A DNA stretch of 64,000 nt from a virus, in the IMG/VR virus record IMGVR_UViG_3300021599_000885. One strand, written 5' to 3'. Positions 16,698-28,200 of the stretch are shown here, in pieces. The stretch's first letter is position 1; each line of letters starts with the position of its first letter. Under the pieces are notes generated by a model. The model was given only the letters and a program-made list of their open reading frames with translations. It searched no databases and had not been told where the DNA came from. A program made the position numbers and the translations under genes.

Positions 16698-17549
16698 TTA
16701 AGTTACAGAGAATGTACCATTTGCGGTGAAATCGTGAATAGTATAAGGAGATCCACCAACAGTCGCTGTTGTTACAGTTCCTCCTGTTGCTCTTTGTGTA
16801 GATCCAGCATAGCGAACGATGACTCTTCCTGATCCACCAGAGAAAGTACCTGCAGGGCCCAAGTAATTTCCGATAGCATTTCTAGCACCACCCCCTGTAT
16901 TAGAAGCAGGTGATTGAGTCGTGGTTCCATCACCATTATTTCCGACACTACTCCATCCGGCACCACCCCCTCCAAAAGCAACTGTTAGTGAAGTCCCTCC
17001 TCTAAAAGTTGCTAAATCATAACCAGGTCCTCCAGCACCACCGACAGGATATGGTCCTGGACTACCAGCACCACCTTTTCCTCCACCACCTCCTGCTCCC
17101 CATTGCGCGTTACTAGTGGATGATCCACCAGAATTTCCTTGACCAGAAGTTCCGGATCCGCCGGCGCCACCACTGCTACCACCACTTCCAGATCCACCAG
17201 GTCGGCCTGTCCAGGCTACACCAGTATCACTTGCTGCTCCATATCCACCACCAACAGCATTAGAAGCACCAGTAAATGAAGTTGGAGATCCATCGGCAGA
17301 ACCACTTCCACCTCCACCAATTGTGACTGTAGAACTGCTTCCAGGATTTAATGTTGCCGAGTAAATATATAATCCCCCAGCACCACCCCCGCCGCCTCCA
17401 TAGTAATTTGGCCAATAAACATCGTCATCTCTAGCAATAGGATTAATTGCTAGAAGAGATGATGCTCCACCACCACCACCCATCATAAGAACTTCAACAC
17501 TCAATGGTGATGAAGATGATCCCATAAAAAATGATTGAATAATAGACAT
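16698..17549 (-). CDS. glycine-rich fibre-tip/structural protein
   Basis: VEVLMMGGGGG, GGGGAGG, GGSGRVIVRY, IHDFTANGTF. Confidence 0.8.
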   Translation of the reverse strand: MSIIQSFFMGSSSSPLSVEVLMMGGGGGASSLLAINPIARDDDVYWPNYYGGGGGGAGGLYIYSATLNPGSSSTVTIGGGGSGSADGSPTSFTGASNAVGGGYGAASDTGVAWTGRPGGSGSGGSSGGAGGSGTSGQGNSGGSSTSNAQWGAGGGGGKGGAGSPGPYPVGGAGGPGYDLATFRGGTSLTVAFGGGGAGWSSVGNNGDGTTTQSPASNTGGGARNAIGNYLGPAGTFSGGSGRVIVRYAGSTQRATGGTVTTATVGGSPYTIHDFTANGTFSVT

Positions 17550-17550
17550 A

Positions 17551-18432
17551 TTATGTTAATCCTGCTCCAAATATTACAAATGTATTAGACCCTACACACA
17601 AAATTGTACATACTCCATATTGTGCTAATGTTCTGTTTCCTGTATTTGCCGTTCCTGCTGAACGTAAAGTAGTAGATGCTCCTTGAGTAATTGTTTGATT
17701 ACTACCAGAATTATTATATATAGACACCGCATCTCCAACATTAAACACTGAGTTTGGAACAGTAACTCCACCAGTAGTTATTGATATATGCTTTCCAACA
17801 TCACCAGATACCAAAGTGTATCCTGTTGTTTGGGAATTTTGAGGAATTGTTGATGGTCCAGCAACACCTTGTGCACCCTGTGCGCCAGTAGCACCTGTGG
17901 AACCTTGAGCACCTTGAGCACCAGTAGCACCTGTGGAACCTTGAGCACCTGTAGATCCTTGTGCTCCTTGAGCACCAGTAGCACCTGTGGAACCTTGAGC
18001 ACTAGAACCTGTTGCACCCTGTGCACCTGTTGCTCCTGTACTTCCTTGTGCTCCAGTAGAACCTGTTGCACCCTGTGCTCCAGTTGCTCCAGTAGAACCT
18101 TGAGCACCTGTTGAACCTATACTACCTTGAGTTCCTTGAGCACCAGTAGCACCTTGAGCACCTGTAGATCCTTGAGCACCAGATCCAGTGGCACCTTGAG
18201 CACCTGTAGATCCTTGAGCACCAGCGGTTCCTTGAGCACCAGCGGTTCCTTGAGCACCAGATCCAGTGGCACCTTGAGCACCTTGAGCACCAGTAGTACC
18301 TGTGGAACCTTGAACACCTTGTGCTCCAGGGTCTGGTATTCGTTGCCAGGCAGTCCCATTCCATTGCCACCTACGCCCATTGGCGACATAATAATCGTTT
18401 AAACTAGGGCTGGATGGAAAATCTAGCGCCAT
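17551..18432 (-). CDS. collagen-like fibre protein
   Basis: [10 protein letters not shown]-domain, G-A-Q/G-S-T triplets, shared C-domain; TAAATA at 18452-18457. Confidence 0.85.
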   Translation of the reverse strand: MALDFPSSPSLNDYYVANGRRWQWNGTAWQRIPDPGAQGVQGSTGTTGAQGAQGATGSGAQGTAGAQGTAGAQGSTGAQGATGSGAQGSTGAQGATGAQGTQGSIGSTGAQGSTGATGAQGATGSTGAQGSTGATGAQGATGSSAQGSTGATGAQGAQGSTGAQGSTGATGAQGAQGSTGATGAQGAQGVAGPSTIPQNSQTTGYTLVSGDVGKHISITTGGVTVPNSVFNVGDAVSIYNNSGSNQTITQGASTTLRSAGTANTGNRTLAQYGVCTILCVGSNTFVIFGAGLT

Positions 18433-18464
18433 TTATTACAAACTTTTTGATTATTTATTCTAGA

Positions 18465-20528
18465 TTATAAGTACCGAATAATTTGAGTAGCAGAAGCATC
18501 TGATATTGAAAGTGATGATGTGCTTGATGATCCAAGTGTTCCAAAGGATAGACTTGGTGTTGAAGATGTAATAGTTGGAGTAGAATCAGTTGTTGTATAA
18601 GATGCTAACGTAAATCCACCATACGTTCCAGTAAAAGAACCATCTATTGGAAGTTTTGCTACCATATGATCCCAATTTCCAGCAGTAGACTGATTCATAC
18701 CAACAAAGTAAATACTATTTCTAACAACATAAAGATGGTGAGAATTACTTTGTACAAAATTAGTTGAATGGGATATAGATCTCTTCCAAGAAATGTTTCC
18801 ATTGGATTGGTTATATTTAAAAAGAAAAGACCTGAGAACAACTGATGGACTTGTTTGTAGAAGAGATCCTCCAACGTAAAGATTGCCATCATCATCCAAA
18901 GTCATTGCTGTAGCATAGATTCTACTTTCAGAGCTATGCTTAATCTGCCATTGAATTACGCCAGAAGAATTTGTTTTCAATACATATCCATCATTATTAC
19001 TATCAATAGCACCCACAAATATATTTCCACTACTATCAACACATAATCCTCTAATTCCACTATTGGAAAGTATTGTAGAAAACTGTACCGTCTTTTGAAG
19101 AGTTCCCGATGAATTGAAATGAGAAACATTATTACCAAATCCAACATAAACATCATCAGTTGTTCTATCTACAAAAACAACCATTCCAGAGTAACCAGTA
19201 CCTGATGTTTTAGTCCACTGTAAAGTTCCTGAAGAATTATATTTTACAAGATACATTTGTTCATTACCGGCAGTTGCTGGAGAATTGACGTATCCAGTCC
19301 AATAAACATTTCCACTTGAATCACATCTTAAATCATAAGCTACATTATTAGCATATCCTGTTGTAATTTGTCTTTGCCATTGAATTGCTCCAGTCGAAGA
19401 GCTTAATTGCATTGTCCAGAACGGTTTGTATAATTCCGATGACTGAGCACCAAAGATGTAAATATTACCACTAGAATCAATATCTATTCCAAGACCATAT
19501 TCATAATTACCAGCACCAATATATTTTTGCCAAACAATCGCACCATATTCATTTATTTTATAGATAAACCAATCATCATGTCCACCACTTCCCCTATTTG
19601 TATCACCAAAACCATAGTAATGTCCATCATAATATACACCAGCAGTACCTCTCTCAAGACTACTATAACCAACACTACTTATCCAATACGAAGAATCTGG
19701 ATTAACTCCAGGTCCAGCATCATAAACTTCTGTAATTTGAGTAGAATTTAAAAGTGTTGCCCACGCTGCCGATTTATAGTATTTTCCACTAAAGGCACCA
19801 TCACCATAAACATCAGCACTTACACCATATCCAGTTCTAGATCCTACTGGAGTATTGACAGATTCAGTCTCAGTATAATTATCTTCAAAGGTTCCATTCA
19901 CATATAAACTAATTACACCAGAAGAATTGAATGTTATAGTTATATTATACAGAACTGAAGTTGAAAAAGTATAGTCAAATGTATGTTCTTCTTGCCATCC
20001 TGCTGTATAATCATAACTAGTGTATACAAGTTTTCCAGAAACAAAATAAAATCCAACATATCTTTGACCAGAACTTGGAATTGTATCTACTCCCATTAAA
20101 GCTTGTTTTGCAATATTATTGTGTTCATAAGTAACCCAAAATGTAAATGTCATACTACTATTTGGCCAATTCATTTGGTTTTTAGCGCCAATTGCTGGAC
20201 CAACAAAACCAGCAAGAACTCCAGAAGTATCAGGATTCCAATTATTATTCACAGACATATCCAAATATTCTCCATTAGAATTACTGGATAAAGTTGGATA
20301 ATAATTATATGGAGTTTCAGTTTGACCAAACCTAGAACCATTACGATTACTAGATCCTGCATTTACAGCAAAGGGATGTCCAGGTGCAAGACTTTGTAAA
20401 ATATTTCCATTAGGTCTGTTATATATCCCATACACACTACTAATATTATAATAATAAATACAATTCTCCAACGACGGAAGATCATTCAGTTGAGTATTAA
20501 ATATTGTATATTGTTGTGGATGACCCAT
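18465..20528 (-). CDS. LamG/concanavalin domain plus beta-propeller protein (putative adhesin)
   Basis: TFTFWV..ITITF..LYVNG..FSGKY LamG pattern; repeated DSSGNIY/G.LQW.K blades. Confidence 0.75.
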   Translation of the reverse strand: MGHPQQYTIFNTQLNDLPSLENCIYYYNISSVYGIYNRPNGNILQSLAPGHPFAVNAGSSNRNGSRFGQTETPYNYYPTLSSNSNGEYLDMSVNNNWNPDTSGVLAGFVGPAIGAKNQMNWPNSSMTFTFWVTYEHNNIAKQALMGVDTIPSSGQRYVGFYFVSGKLVYTSYDYTAGWQEEHTFDYTFSTSVLYNITITFNSSGVISLYVNGTFEDNYTETESVNTPVGSRTGYGVSADVYGDGAFSGKYYKSAAWATLLNSTQITEVYDAGPGVNPDSSYWISSVGYSSLERGTAGVYYDGHYYGFGDTNRGSGGHDDWFIYKINEYGAIVWQKYIGAGNYEYGLGIDIDSSGNIYIFGAQSSELYKPFWTMQLSSSTGAIQWQRQITTGYANNVAYDLRCDSSGNVYWTGYVNSPATAGNEQMYLVKYNSSGTLQWTKTSGTGYSGMVVFVDRTTDDVYVGFGNNVSHFNSSGTLQKTVQFSTILSNSGIRGLCVDSSGNIFVGAIDSNNDGYVLKTNSSGVIQWQIKHSSESRIYATAMTLDDDGNLYVGGSLLQTSPSVVLRSFLFKYNQSNGNISWKRSISHSTNFVQSNSHHLYVVRNSIYFVGMNQSTAGNWDHMVAKLPIDGSFTGTYGGFTLASYTTTDSTPTITSSTPSLSFGTLGSSSTSSLSISDASATQIIRYL

Positions 20529-21301
20529 TATACAAGACCAGCTCCACTAATGAAAAAAGTATCGGAAGATACGCAAATTACCGTAGCAATTCCTCTTTGA
20601 ATTAAAGATTTATTTCCTGTAGTAGAAGTTCCTGCAGTGTACATAGTAACACCAGATCCTTGAACTATTGATCTGGTTGCATTTGTGTTATTTACTATGG
20701 TTACAGTATCTCCAGCAGAAAATACTCCAGATGGAACGGTGATACTAATTGCTGCAGTAATTGAAATAATTTTACTATTATCTGATGCTACTAATGTATA
20801 ATTTGAAGACTTTTCATTAAGAGTTAGAGTTCCAGGTGAACCCTGTACACCTTGAGCACCTTGAGCACCAGTAGCACCTACAGCACCCTGAGCACCAGTA
20901 GCACCTTGAGCACCTATAGTACCTTGAGATCCTGATGCACCTGCAGCACCCTGAGCACCAGTAGCACCTACAGCACCCTGAGCACCAGTAGCACCAGTAG
21001 CACCTTGAGCACCAGCGGTTCCTTGTGCTCCTACTGAACCTTGTGCGCCAGTAGCACCTGTGGAACCTTGAGCACCAGTAGCACCTGTGGAACCTTGAGC
21101 ACCTTGAGCCCCTACAGCACCTTGAGCACCAGCGGTCCCTTGAGCACCTTGAGCACCAGTAGCACCTGTGGAACCTTGAGCACCTTGTGCTCCAGGATCA
21201 CCAAGTCTTACCCAAGCAGTTCCATTCCAACGCCAAGTAGCACCATTAGCGTTATACTCATCATTTAAAGTAGGACTAGCAGGAAAATTTAATGCAGCCA
21301 T
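20528..21301 (-). CDS. collagen-like fibre protein
   Basis: [11 protein letters not shown]-domain, GAQ repeats, shared C-domain; TAAATA at 21319-21324. Confidence 0.85.
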   Translation of the reverse strand: MAALNFPASPTLNDEYNANGATWRWNGTAWVRLGDPGAQGAQGSTGATGAQGAQGTAGAQGAVGAQGAQGSTGATGAQGSTGATGAQGSVGAQGTAGAQGATGATGAQGAVGATGAQGAAGASGSQGTIGAQGATGAQGAVGATGAQGAQGVQGSPGTLTLNEKSSNYTLVASDNSKIISITAAISITVPSGVFSAGDTVTIVNNTNATRSIVQGSGVTMYTAGTSTTGNKSLIQRGIATVICVSSDTFFISGAGLV

Positions 21302-21425
21302 TATCTACGGTTTTTAGATATTTATTCTTAGCATGTAATTAGAAATGCAACATTAAATCTGTAACTTTTTTGCCAACCAATCACTTTAGTTAATATTAAT
21401 TAAGATTTTTATCATCAACAATAAA

Positions 21426-21581
21426 CTACCATTTCCCAACAGGACACGAAGAATTGCTAAGTCTTACCTTAATCGGCATAAAACACCCACACTTCTTACA
21501 CTGTCTAGTTGGTTTGAAGAAATGTTCGCACTGTAAGCAAAGTTTCATTCTATCAACAGCTAACTGAATTTTTTCATTCAT
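21426..21581 (-). CDS. Cys-rich small protein (DUF6171-like, 51 aa)
   Basis: MNEKIQLAVDRMKLCLQCEHFFKPTRQCKKCGCFMPIKVRLSNSSCPVGKW; paralogue of 5168-5533; read manually. Confidence 0.75.
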   Translation of the reverse strand: MNEKIQLAVDRMKLCLQCEHFFKPTRQCKKCGCFMPIKVRLSNSSCPVGKW

Positions 21582-22128
21582 TTTTCAATTGCTCCTCTGC
21601 AAGTTCTACGATTAAATCATCATTTTCAAAAATTAAACTTTCTATTGCATCTTCAACAGTAATACTATTTGTTACGACATATTCCTCAATTTTCTTATCC
21701 AACTCTTCTTTCAATCTATAATCATCATTTTTCTTGATAAAGTAATCTGCCATTACATATGATATGATAATTTGGTCTTTGTGAAAATTTGGTAGTGGTA
21801 AACCGCCATATAATTCAGTTGTAATTGGTGTTAAATCTACATCTGGAACATTATCACTAGTTGATGCTTGAGTTTGAATAGATTTTTCAAAAATTGTATT
21901 TGGCAATACAGAATTTTCCTTTCTAGTAGATTGCCTTTCTAAATCTACAGAAACATTCGAATTAATCAAAGTTTGTGGGTCTGGTATAAATTCTGGATCA
22001 TAATAAGATACTGCGTCATCAACATCTTCTAGAGAAAAATTTTCTCCAATAGGCACGATTGCCCACGAATTATCTTCAAACTCAACCCTGATTTGACCAG
22101 GAAGAACTTCTTTGATTATATACTTCAT
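21574..22128 (-). CDS. hypothetical protein
   Basis: 184 aa acidic; TAAATA at 22151-22156. Confidence 0.7.
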   Translation of the reverse strand: MKYIIKEVLPGQIRVEFEDNSWAIVPIGENFSLEDVDDAVSYYDPEFIPDPQTLINSNVSVDLERQSTRKENSVLPNTIFEKSIQTQASTSDNVPDVDLTPITTELYGGLPLPNFHKDQIIISYVMADYFIKKNDDYRLKEELDKKIEEYVVTNSITVEDAIESLIFENDDLIVELAEEQLKNE

Positions 22129-22153
22129 TATGTATCAATAAATTTACAAGTAT

Positions 22154-23014
22154 TTATCCTATTCTACCATTTCTTGTGCCATTTGCAACCCAAGTAACAT
22201 TTCCATTGTTAACGATATAAAATCCTGCTAAACCACCAGCAGTTCCTGCGGCACCAGACCCATTGTTGCCGTTTGCACCGGTGTTACCAGTATTACCACT
22301 GTTTCCGTAAGAACCACCAGTTCCACCTGTTCCACCAGCACCAGCATTTGTGCCACCTGCACTTCCAGAAGAACCAGATGCAGCAGCACCATCATAACCT
22401 TCACCTCTTCCACCATTACCACCAGAACCACCTGAGGTATAGTAAGTATTTGTATAGCAATATTTACATACTTTTTCCCATAATGTATAGTTTCTACCAT
22501 CACCACAAGCTCTTATTCTTCTACATTCATCTTGACAGTTACAAGGGTGTGGTGGATTTAATTGATAACAAGGCATACTGTTTCCGCTACAAACAGTATT
22601 TGCCCAATATGATTCTCCAGATGATTGATAATATCCTCCACCACCAGTGCCACCAACTCCTCCTCCTCCACCACCAGAGGAAATAGTGCCACGATTATCA
22701 ATGAAAATATTAGAGGCACCAGCATTAATAGCATTTCCACCAGTTCCACTATTTGCGGCACCACCAGCACCAAGAATAGAACCCTCATTTACCAAAAGTA
22801 TTCTTCCACCAAATCCTGACGGAATGTTTAAAGCATAATTTCCTGTGCTCGTGGCTCCAATAGTAACTCCACTAGCAATGACAACTCTTTTATTAATACC
22901 TGCTGAATACTTACTTGATCCAAAAAGAGTTTGTAAATTTAAATTCTCTTGATTGGTTGTAATGTGATGAATTAATTCTGAAGATAGTAAATGAGGAACA
23001 GATGCAATAGTCAT
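22154..23014 (-). CDS. Gly-rich gp38-like adhesin with Cys-rich insert
   Basis: VVIASGVTIG..L.NEGSILGAGG..IDNRGTISSGGGGG pattern; 8-Cys insert. Confidence 0.7.
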   Translation of the reverse strand: MTIASVPHLLSSELIHHITTNQENLNLQTLFGSSKYSAGINKRVVIASGVTIGATSTGNYALNIPSGFGGRILLVNEGSILGAGGAANSGTGGNAINAGASNIFIDNRGTISSGGGGGGVGGTGGGGYYQSSGESYWANTVCSGNSMPCYQLNPPHPCNCQDECRRIRACGDGRNYTLWEKVCKYCYTNTYYTSGGSGGNGGRGEGYDGAAASGSSGSAGGTNAGAGGTGGTGGSYGNSGNTGNTGANGNNGSGAAGTAGGLAGFYIVNNGNVTWVANGTRNGRIG

Positions 23015-23017
23015 AAA

Positions 23018-24577
23018 TTACAACAATCCGCTACCAGAAATTACAAATTCGTTACTTGCTATACATAAAACCGTTGCCAAACCTCTTTGCTGTAAAGTTC
23101 TATTGCCAGTATCAGAAGTTCCAGGAAGTCTTAATGTTGTAGAAGTACCCTGTGTGATTGTTTGTGAAGAAGCGGAGTTATTGTAAATTAATACGGTATT
23201 TCCTGCAGTAAAAGTATCAGAAGGAACAGTAACTCCTCCTGCAGTTATACTTATAATAGTTCCAGCGTCTCCTGCAACTAAAACATATGATGAAGATTTT
23301 GTGGTTACAGTTAGAGGTCTTGTTCCATCGGATCCTTGAGCACCTGCCGTACCTTGAGCACCTTGAGCACCAGTAGCACCCTGACGACCTTGAGCACCCT
23401 GTGCTCCTACTGAACCTTGAGCACCTATAGTACCTTGAGCACCTATAGTACCTTGAGATCCTGCGGTTCCTTGAGCACCTTGAGCACCAGTAGTACCTTG
23501 AGATCCTGATGCACCTGCGGTTCCTTGAGCACCTTGAGCACCAGTAGCACCTTGAGCACCTATAGTACCTTGAGATCCTGATGTACCTGCCGTACCTTGA
23601 GCACCTTGAGCACCTGCGGTTCCTTGAGCACCTTGAGCACCTGTAGATCCTTGTGCTCCTACTGAACCTTGAGCACCAGTAGCACCTTGAGCACCTGTAG
23701 ATCCTTGTGCTCCTACTGCACCTTGAGCACCTTGATAACCTTGTGCTCCTTGTGGTCCAGCAGTACCTTGAGCACCTGTAGATCCTTGTGGTCCTTCAAT
23801 AGCATTGCTTGCCGTAACCCATTGAGATGTGTCTGCATCTTCATAGTAAACGTAAAGGTTACCAGACTCACTATTCCACCAAAGATCGCCTGGTTGTGGT
23901 GATGATGGAGATGATGTTGATATTTGTACTAGTGTATCAGAACTATTTGCAGATACCCATTGAGAACTAGAACCATCATTATAATATACTTTTAAATCTC
24001 CAGTATCACTTTCCCACCATAAGTCTCCAATATTTGGAGAACTTGGAGCAGTATCGCTAATAGTTACAGTCTCACTACCACCAGATGTTTCAACCCACTG
24101 TTCACTATTTCCATCCTGATAGTAAAGATATAGTTCACCTACATCACTATCCCACCAAAGATCTCCCTGACTTACTCCACTTGGTGGTTCTGCACTAACA
24201 GTAACTCTGGGAGATATTGTAATTGTAGAAATAGATCCACTTGCAATGGCAGTTACACCAGTTCCTACAAAGTTTAGTTTTGATATACTATTGGCAGTTC
24301 CAACAAGAAATCCTTCGTCAAAGATACTTATTCCACCAGGTTGTAAACCAGGCTGTTCCTGCCAGTATCTATCATAAGTTGTACCGTTATTAACGGTAAT
24401 CAACTGATAATACTTATCAGCAAGTGGTATTAATTTTTCTCCAACATAACCTAAGTTGGGTTCGACCTCACCTGGATGAACATATAAATGACGGTCTGAA
24501 GATAACGCTTCAGTTCCTGCTATCTTTACTCTACCACTTATATATCGCTGTGTCGGCTTTCTTGTATTATCTGCCAT
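23018..24577 (-). CDS. collagen-like fibre protein with three GDLWW repeats
   Basis: 3x (P..GDLWW.S..G.L..YY.D....QWV), GAQ collagen, shared C-domain. Confidence 0.85.
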   Translation of the reverse strand: MADNTRKPTQRYISGRVKIAGTEALSSDRHLYVHPGEVEPNLGYVGEKLIPLADKYYQLITVNNGTTYDRYWQEQPGLQPGGISIFDEGFLVGTANSISKLNFVGTGVTAIASGSISTITISPRVTVSAEPPSGVSQGDLWWDSDVGELYLYYQDGNSEQWVETSGGSETVTISDTAPSSPNIGDLWWESDTGDLKVYYNDGSSSQWVSANSSDTLVQISTSSPSSPQPGDLWWNSESGNLYVYYEDADTSQWVTASNAIEGPQGSTGAQGTAGPQGAQGYQGAQGAVGAQGSTGAQGATGAQGSVGAQGSTGAQGAQGTAGAQGAQGTAGTSGSQGTIGAQGATGAQGAQGTAGASGSQGTTGAQGAQGTAGSQGTIGAQGTIGAQGSVGAQGAQGRQGATGAQGAQGTAGAQGSDGTRPLTVTTKSSSYVLVAGDAGTIISITAGGVTVPSDTFTAGNTVLIYNNSASSQTITQGTSTTLRLPGTSDTGNRTLQQRGLATVLCIASNEFVISGSGLL

Positions 24578-24583
24578 TTCTTA

Positions 24584-25243
24584 TTAAGTGGTGCTATTTT
24601 CTAGGAAACTACCAATAAATTCCATTTGTAGTGGACCAACAAGACCGCCGCTTACATATGTATGGATAATTCCATTGGCGCTTCCTACAGTTGTTGTGAA
24701 TGTTTTCGAACCTCCAACATCACTAGTTATGTTGTCTACAACATAAGACTTTTGTGGACTTGGGAAAATAGTTGTGGTAATACCAGAACCTGATGGGCAG
24801 GTCATAGCAATACCAGACATAGTGATATCAGAACCAACAGTAAAGTTATGTGCTGTTAAAGTTGTAATAGTTGAAACACCAGTTGGTTCATCATAAGTTA
24901 CATTTGTAATCGTTACAATACCAGTCTGTGTTCCAGTGATATAAAGTCTATCTAGAACTGTAGCAGTTTTTTCTAAAACCAAACGACCATCAATAAGAAT
25001 AGCAGCATCGTTTGGTGGAACTTCAATATTTTTTATAATTCTAATATCTCTTGTATTACCTGTACTTCTACTTTCTCTTCTGTGTATCAGAGTTGTAGTC
25101 GGATAGGTTCCAACTCCCACATTAGATACTTGTGCATAGAGTAAAATAGCAGAAGTGCCTGTAGGGACCTCGTATATTTTCTGTTCTCCTGGAGCCACAG
25201 GAACAGCGACTGTAAGAAACTTATTGACTGGTGCGATTGCCAT
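24584..25243 (-). CDS. virion structural protein
   Basis: 219 aa in fibre operon. Confidence 0.75.
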   Translation of the reverse strand: MAIAPVNKFLTVAVPVAPGEQKIYEVPTGTSAILLYAQVSNVGVGTYPTTTLIHRRESRSTGNTRDIRIIKNIEVPPNDAAILIDGRLVLEKTATVLDRLYITGTQTGIVTITNVTYDEPTGVSTITTLTAHNFTVGSDITMSGIAMTCPSGSGITTTIFPSPQKSYVVDNITSDVGGSKTFTTTVGSANGIIHTYVSGGLVGPLQMEFIGSFLENSTT

Positions 25244-25252
25244 CTTATCTTA

Positions 25253-28200
25253 TTATCCTCCCAAAGCAAGTATCAGTGGTGTTAAGTTTGCTTGTATCGC
25301 TCTGTTAAAGTCTCTTCCAGAAATAGTAGAGGTAGTTTGGTCAATAGTTAGTCCTTGTCCAATTCTAAAGTTTCCTTTTTGATCTGTGCTGGTGAATGGA
25401 ATTTGACCGCCATTAATAGCAACTATTTCATTTTCAGGAATAGGCACACCACCCTGGAAGGGGTTTGCTCTATTTATGTCTGTACCAGCACCGATATATT
25501 CAAAGGAGTGAGAACTGGTGATGATTCTACTTAGTCTTCTCAGTGAAACACTCACACCAACACCAACAGAATAAGGAACAAATTCATTGAAAGTAACAGT
25601 TGTAACACCAGTATTTGTTGGTTCTGTTGCAGTGTTTATAGTGTAAAGTATTGGATCCGTAATCGCTTCGGCAGTTGCTCCACCAGAACCAGAAATGGTG
25701 ATAACAATATCCTGTTGATTAGATCCACTACCTGCGGGAAGGAAGTTTCTACCACTAGCAATAATATCAATAGAACTAATAGTTCCGGCAGCACTCACAT
25801 TAGCAGATAGTTCGGCAAGAATTCCTTCAGGACCAAATGGTGCAGATACAGTTACATTAGGAGGAGCTGATGCACTATATCCAGAACCTCCATTGGTAAC
25901 ATTAATTGTTCTAATAGTTCTAAGTGGTTCCATAACAATACCACTCTTTCCTCCAGTATTAACATAATCGTCAAGGTTTATCTTGAAGAAAGCACCCTGA
26001 CCATCAAATGGTTTTCTTATATTCGATAGATCATCTCTCATATCGAAGAAGGTATAAGTATCTTGTTCCGCAGCAACTGTTGTCCCAGTAGTAATTCCAG
26101 TAAACTCATCACCACTGGTTCCATCAGCATACAAACCATAATCACCAAATGAGGAGTTAGAGTTTGTTAGGTCACATTGTCCACCACTACCAGCAAAGAT
26201 ACCAATCTTAGAGTTGATAGTAAAAATAGAAACTAACTGAGCATATGCTTTGTTAGTGATAGAAACGCCAATACCATTTTGGTTATATTGAGTAAATGAG
26301 TCACAAACCATACACTTGAGGTCTTGCCCAAGATTATTAGTTCCGGTAAAGGCAGCAGCAACATGGTCTCCGTCTATCTTCATACCAATACTGTTACTCA
26401 TAAAGTTCGTACAGTTACGAACATATGGAGATCTCCATCTTCCACTTGGACCTTCATTGCAAGGACCAGGATCCAAGAAACCAGATCTAGCACTACCAAT
26501 ACCAGCTGGTGGTGGGAAAGCAACAGCAGCACCAGTAATAGACAATGGTGCAGAATCATCATAAGGATCTTTACTGTAAGCAAAACTCAAACTATCAATC
26601 AAACATCCTCTTCTAACATAAAAGACATCATCATTGTTTTGTGGGTAAATAGTAACCAGTCTTAAGTCTTGACCAATAACCGAAACATCAGTTCTTAAAC
26701 CAATAGGATTGTTCTCAGCATAAACACCAGAGCGAACCATAATAGTATCGCCAGGTTGTGCTGCTTCAGCGGCGGAACCGATAGTTAGTTTTGCTGAACC
26801 TTCTGTTCTACCATCATTATCATCGTTACCATACTTAGAAACCCAGATAATGTTTCTAGAGTCAGCACCTGCAGGAGCCCAAACAATCTTACCATTTGGT
26901 GCTGTTGTGGTAAAACCAATAGTGGTGAATGCAGATGCACCAAGTTGAATAATATTAGTAACAATACCTGCACAAACAGTAATAGCAGAAACAACATTAG
27001 AACAACCGCCTGGATCAGTGTTGAAACCAACAGCAGGGTCGTCTTGTAATGTTAGATCACGAATGAGAGAAACACTATTGCCTACACCCTGATAAGATCT
27101 TGGTGCTGGTAAGTTATTGATAACATATCTTGCTACTTGAGCAGCAGTCGTGATAGCAACAATAGTTGCTTCCTTGATACTGTAACCGTTTATATCAGTT
27201 CCAGTGATGTGCTGTAGAGTTGCTCCATTATAATAAGACTGACCAGCACCAACACAACGGGAGTTACCACCTCTTGTGATATCATAGGTAATAGCTTTCA
27301 GAATATCCTTAATATCATCCTTACAGGAAGTGTAGTCTGCCGAAGATAGGGCAAATGCTGGACTCTTATAGTCTGTACTTGTTAAGAAACCAATAGATTC
27401 ATTAGCAATGTAGTCTAAGTTTAGTCGTATTAGGTTTGCGGCATCATAGAATCTTCCACCAATAATGTTTCCTGTCGTATCAACTCCAACAGTTGTTAGG
27501 ACATTTCTTGGAACCTGATACTTTTCAGTTCTAAATCCAACATTATCATTTAGATCATATAATGCCTGCTGGAAGCGAACATCTTTTTGGAAGTCAACTG
27601 CTCTTGTTGGAGTTGTGCTGTTGAAACCAATATCACCAGATGCATTAGTAGCAATAACTGTAGCAGCAGATCCAACCTGTAAAGATCCATCAATACCCAA
27701 AGCATTGGTTGATGGGTTATATGTAATACCACTATCAACTCTTACAGTCTCACTTGTTTGACTAGTTGAGTTTTCAACAAATGGAATGAAGAAGTCTTGG
27801 TTTGTGAGAGTCTCAGTAGTTTGAATGAATGTAGAAATGCCTGCTCTAGCGGCATTTGTTGCGAAACCTGCTACTGTAGCAAATCCAGACTGGATAGCAA
27901 AGGTAGCAATACCTGATACTGTAGAGAAACCAGACTGAATAGCAAAAGTCGATATACCAGATACAGTAGCAAATCCTGCCTGAATAGCAAACGTTGAGAT
28001 TCCTGCTACTGTTGCGAAACCTGCTTGAATAGCAAAAGTCGATATACCAGATACGGTAGCAAATCCTGCTTGAATAGCAAAAGTAGAGATGCCTGATACT
28101 GTAGAGAAGCCAGACTGAATAGCGTATGTAGCAATGCCTGATACTGTAGAGAAACCAGACTGGATAGCAAACGTTGAGATTCCTGCTACTGTAGAGAAAC

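Noticed and set aside
17778-18402. LKV-, STLS- and WCSR-repeat ORFs
   Set aside because: Alternate frames of collagen repeats.
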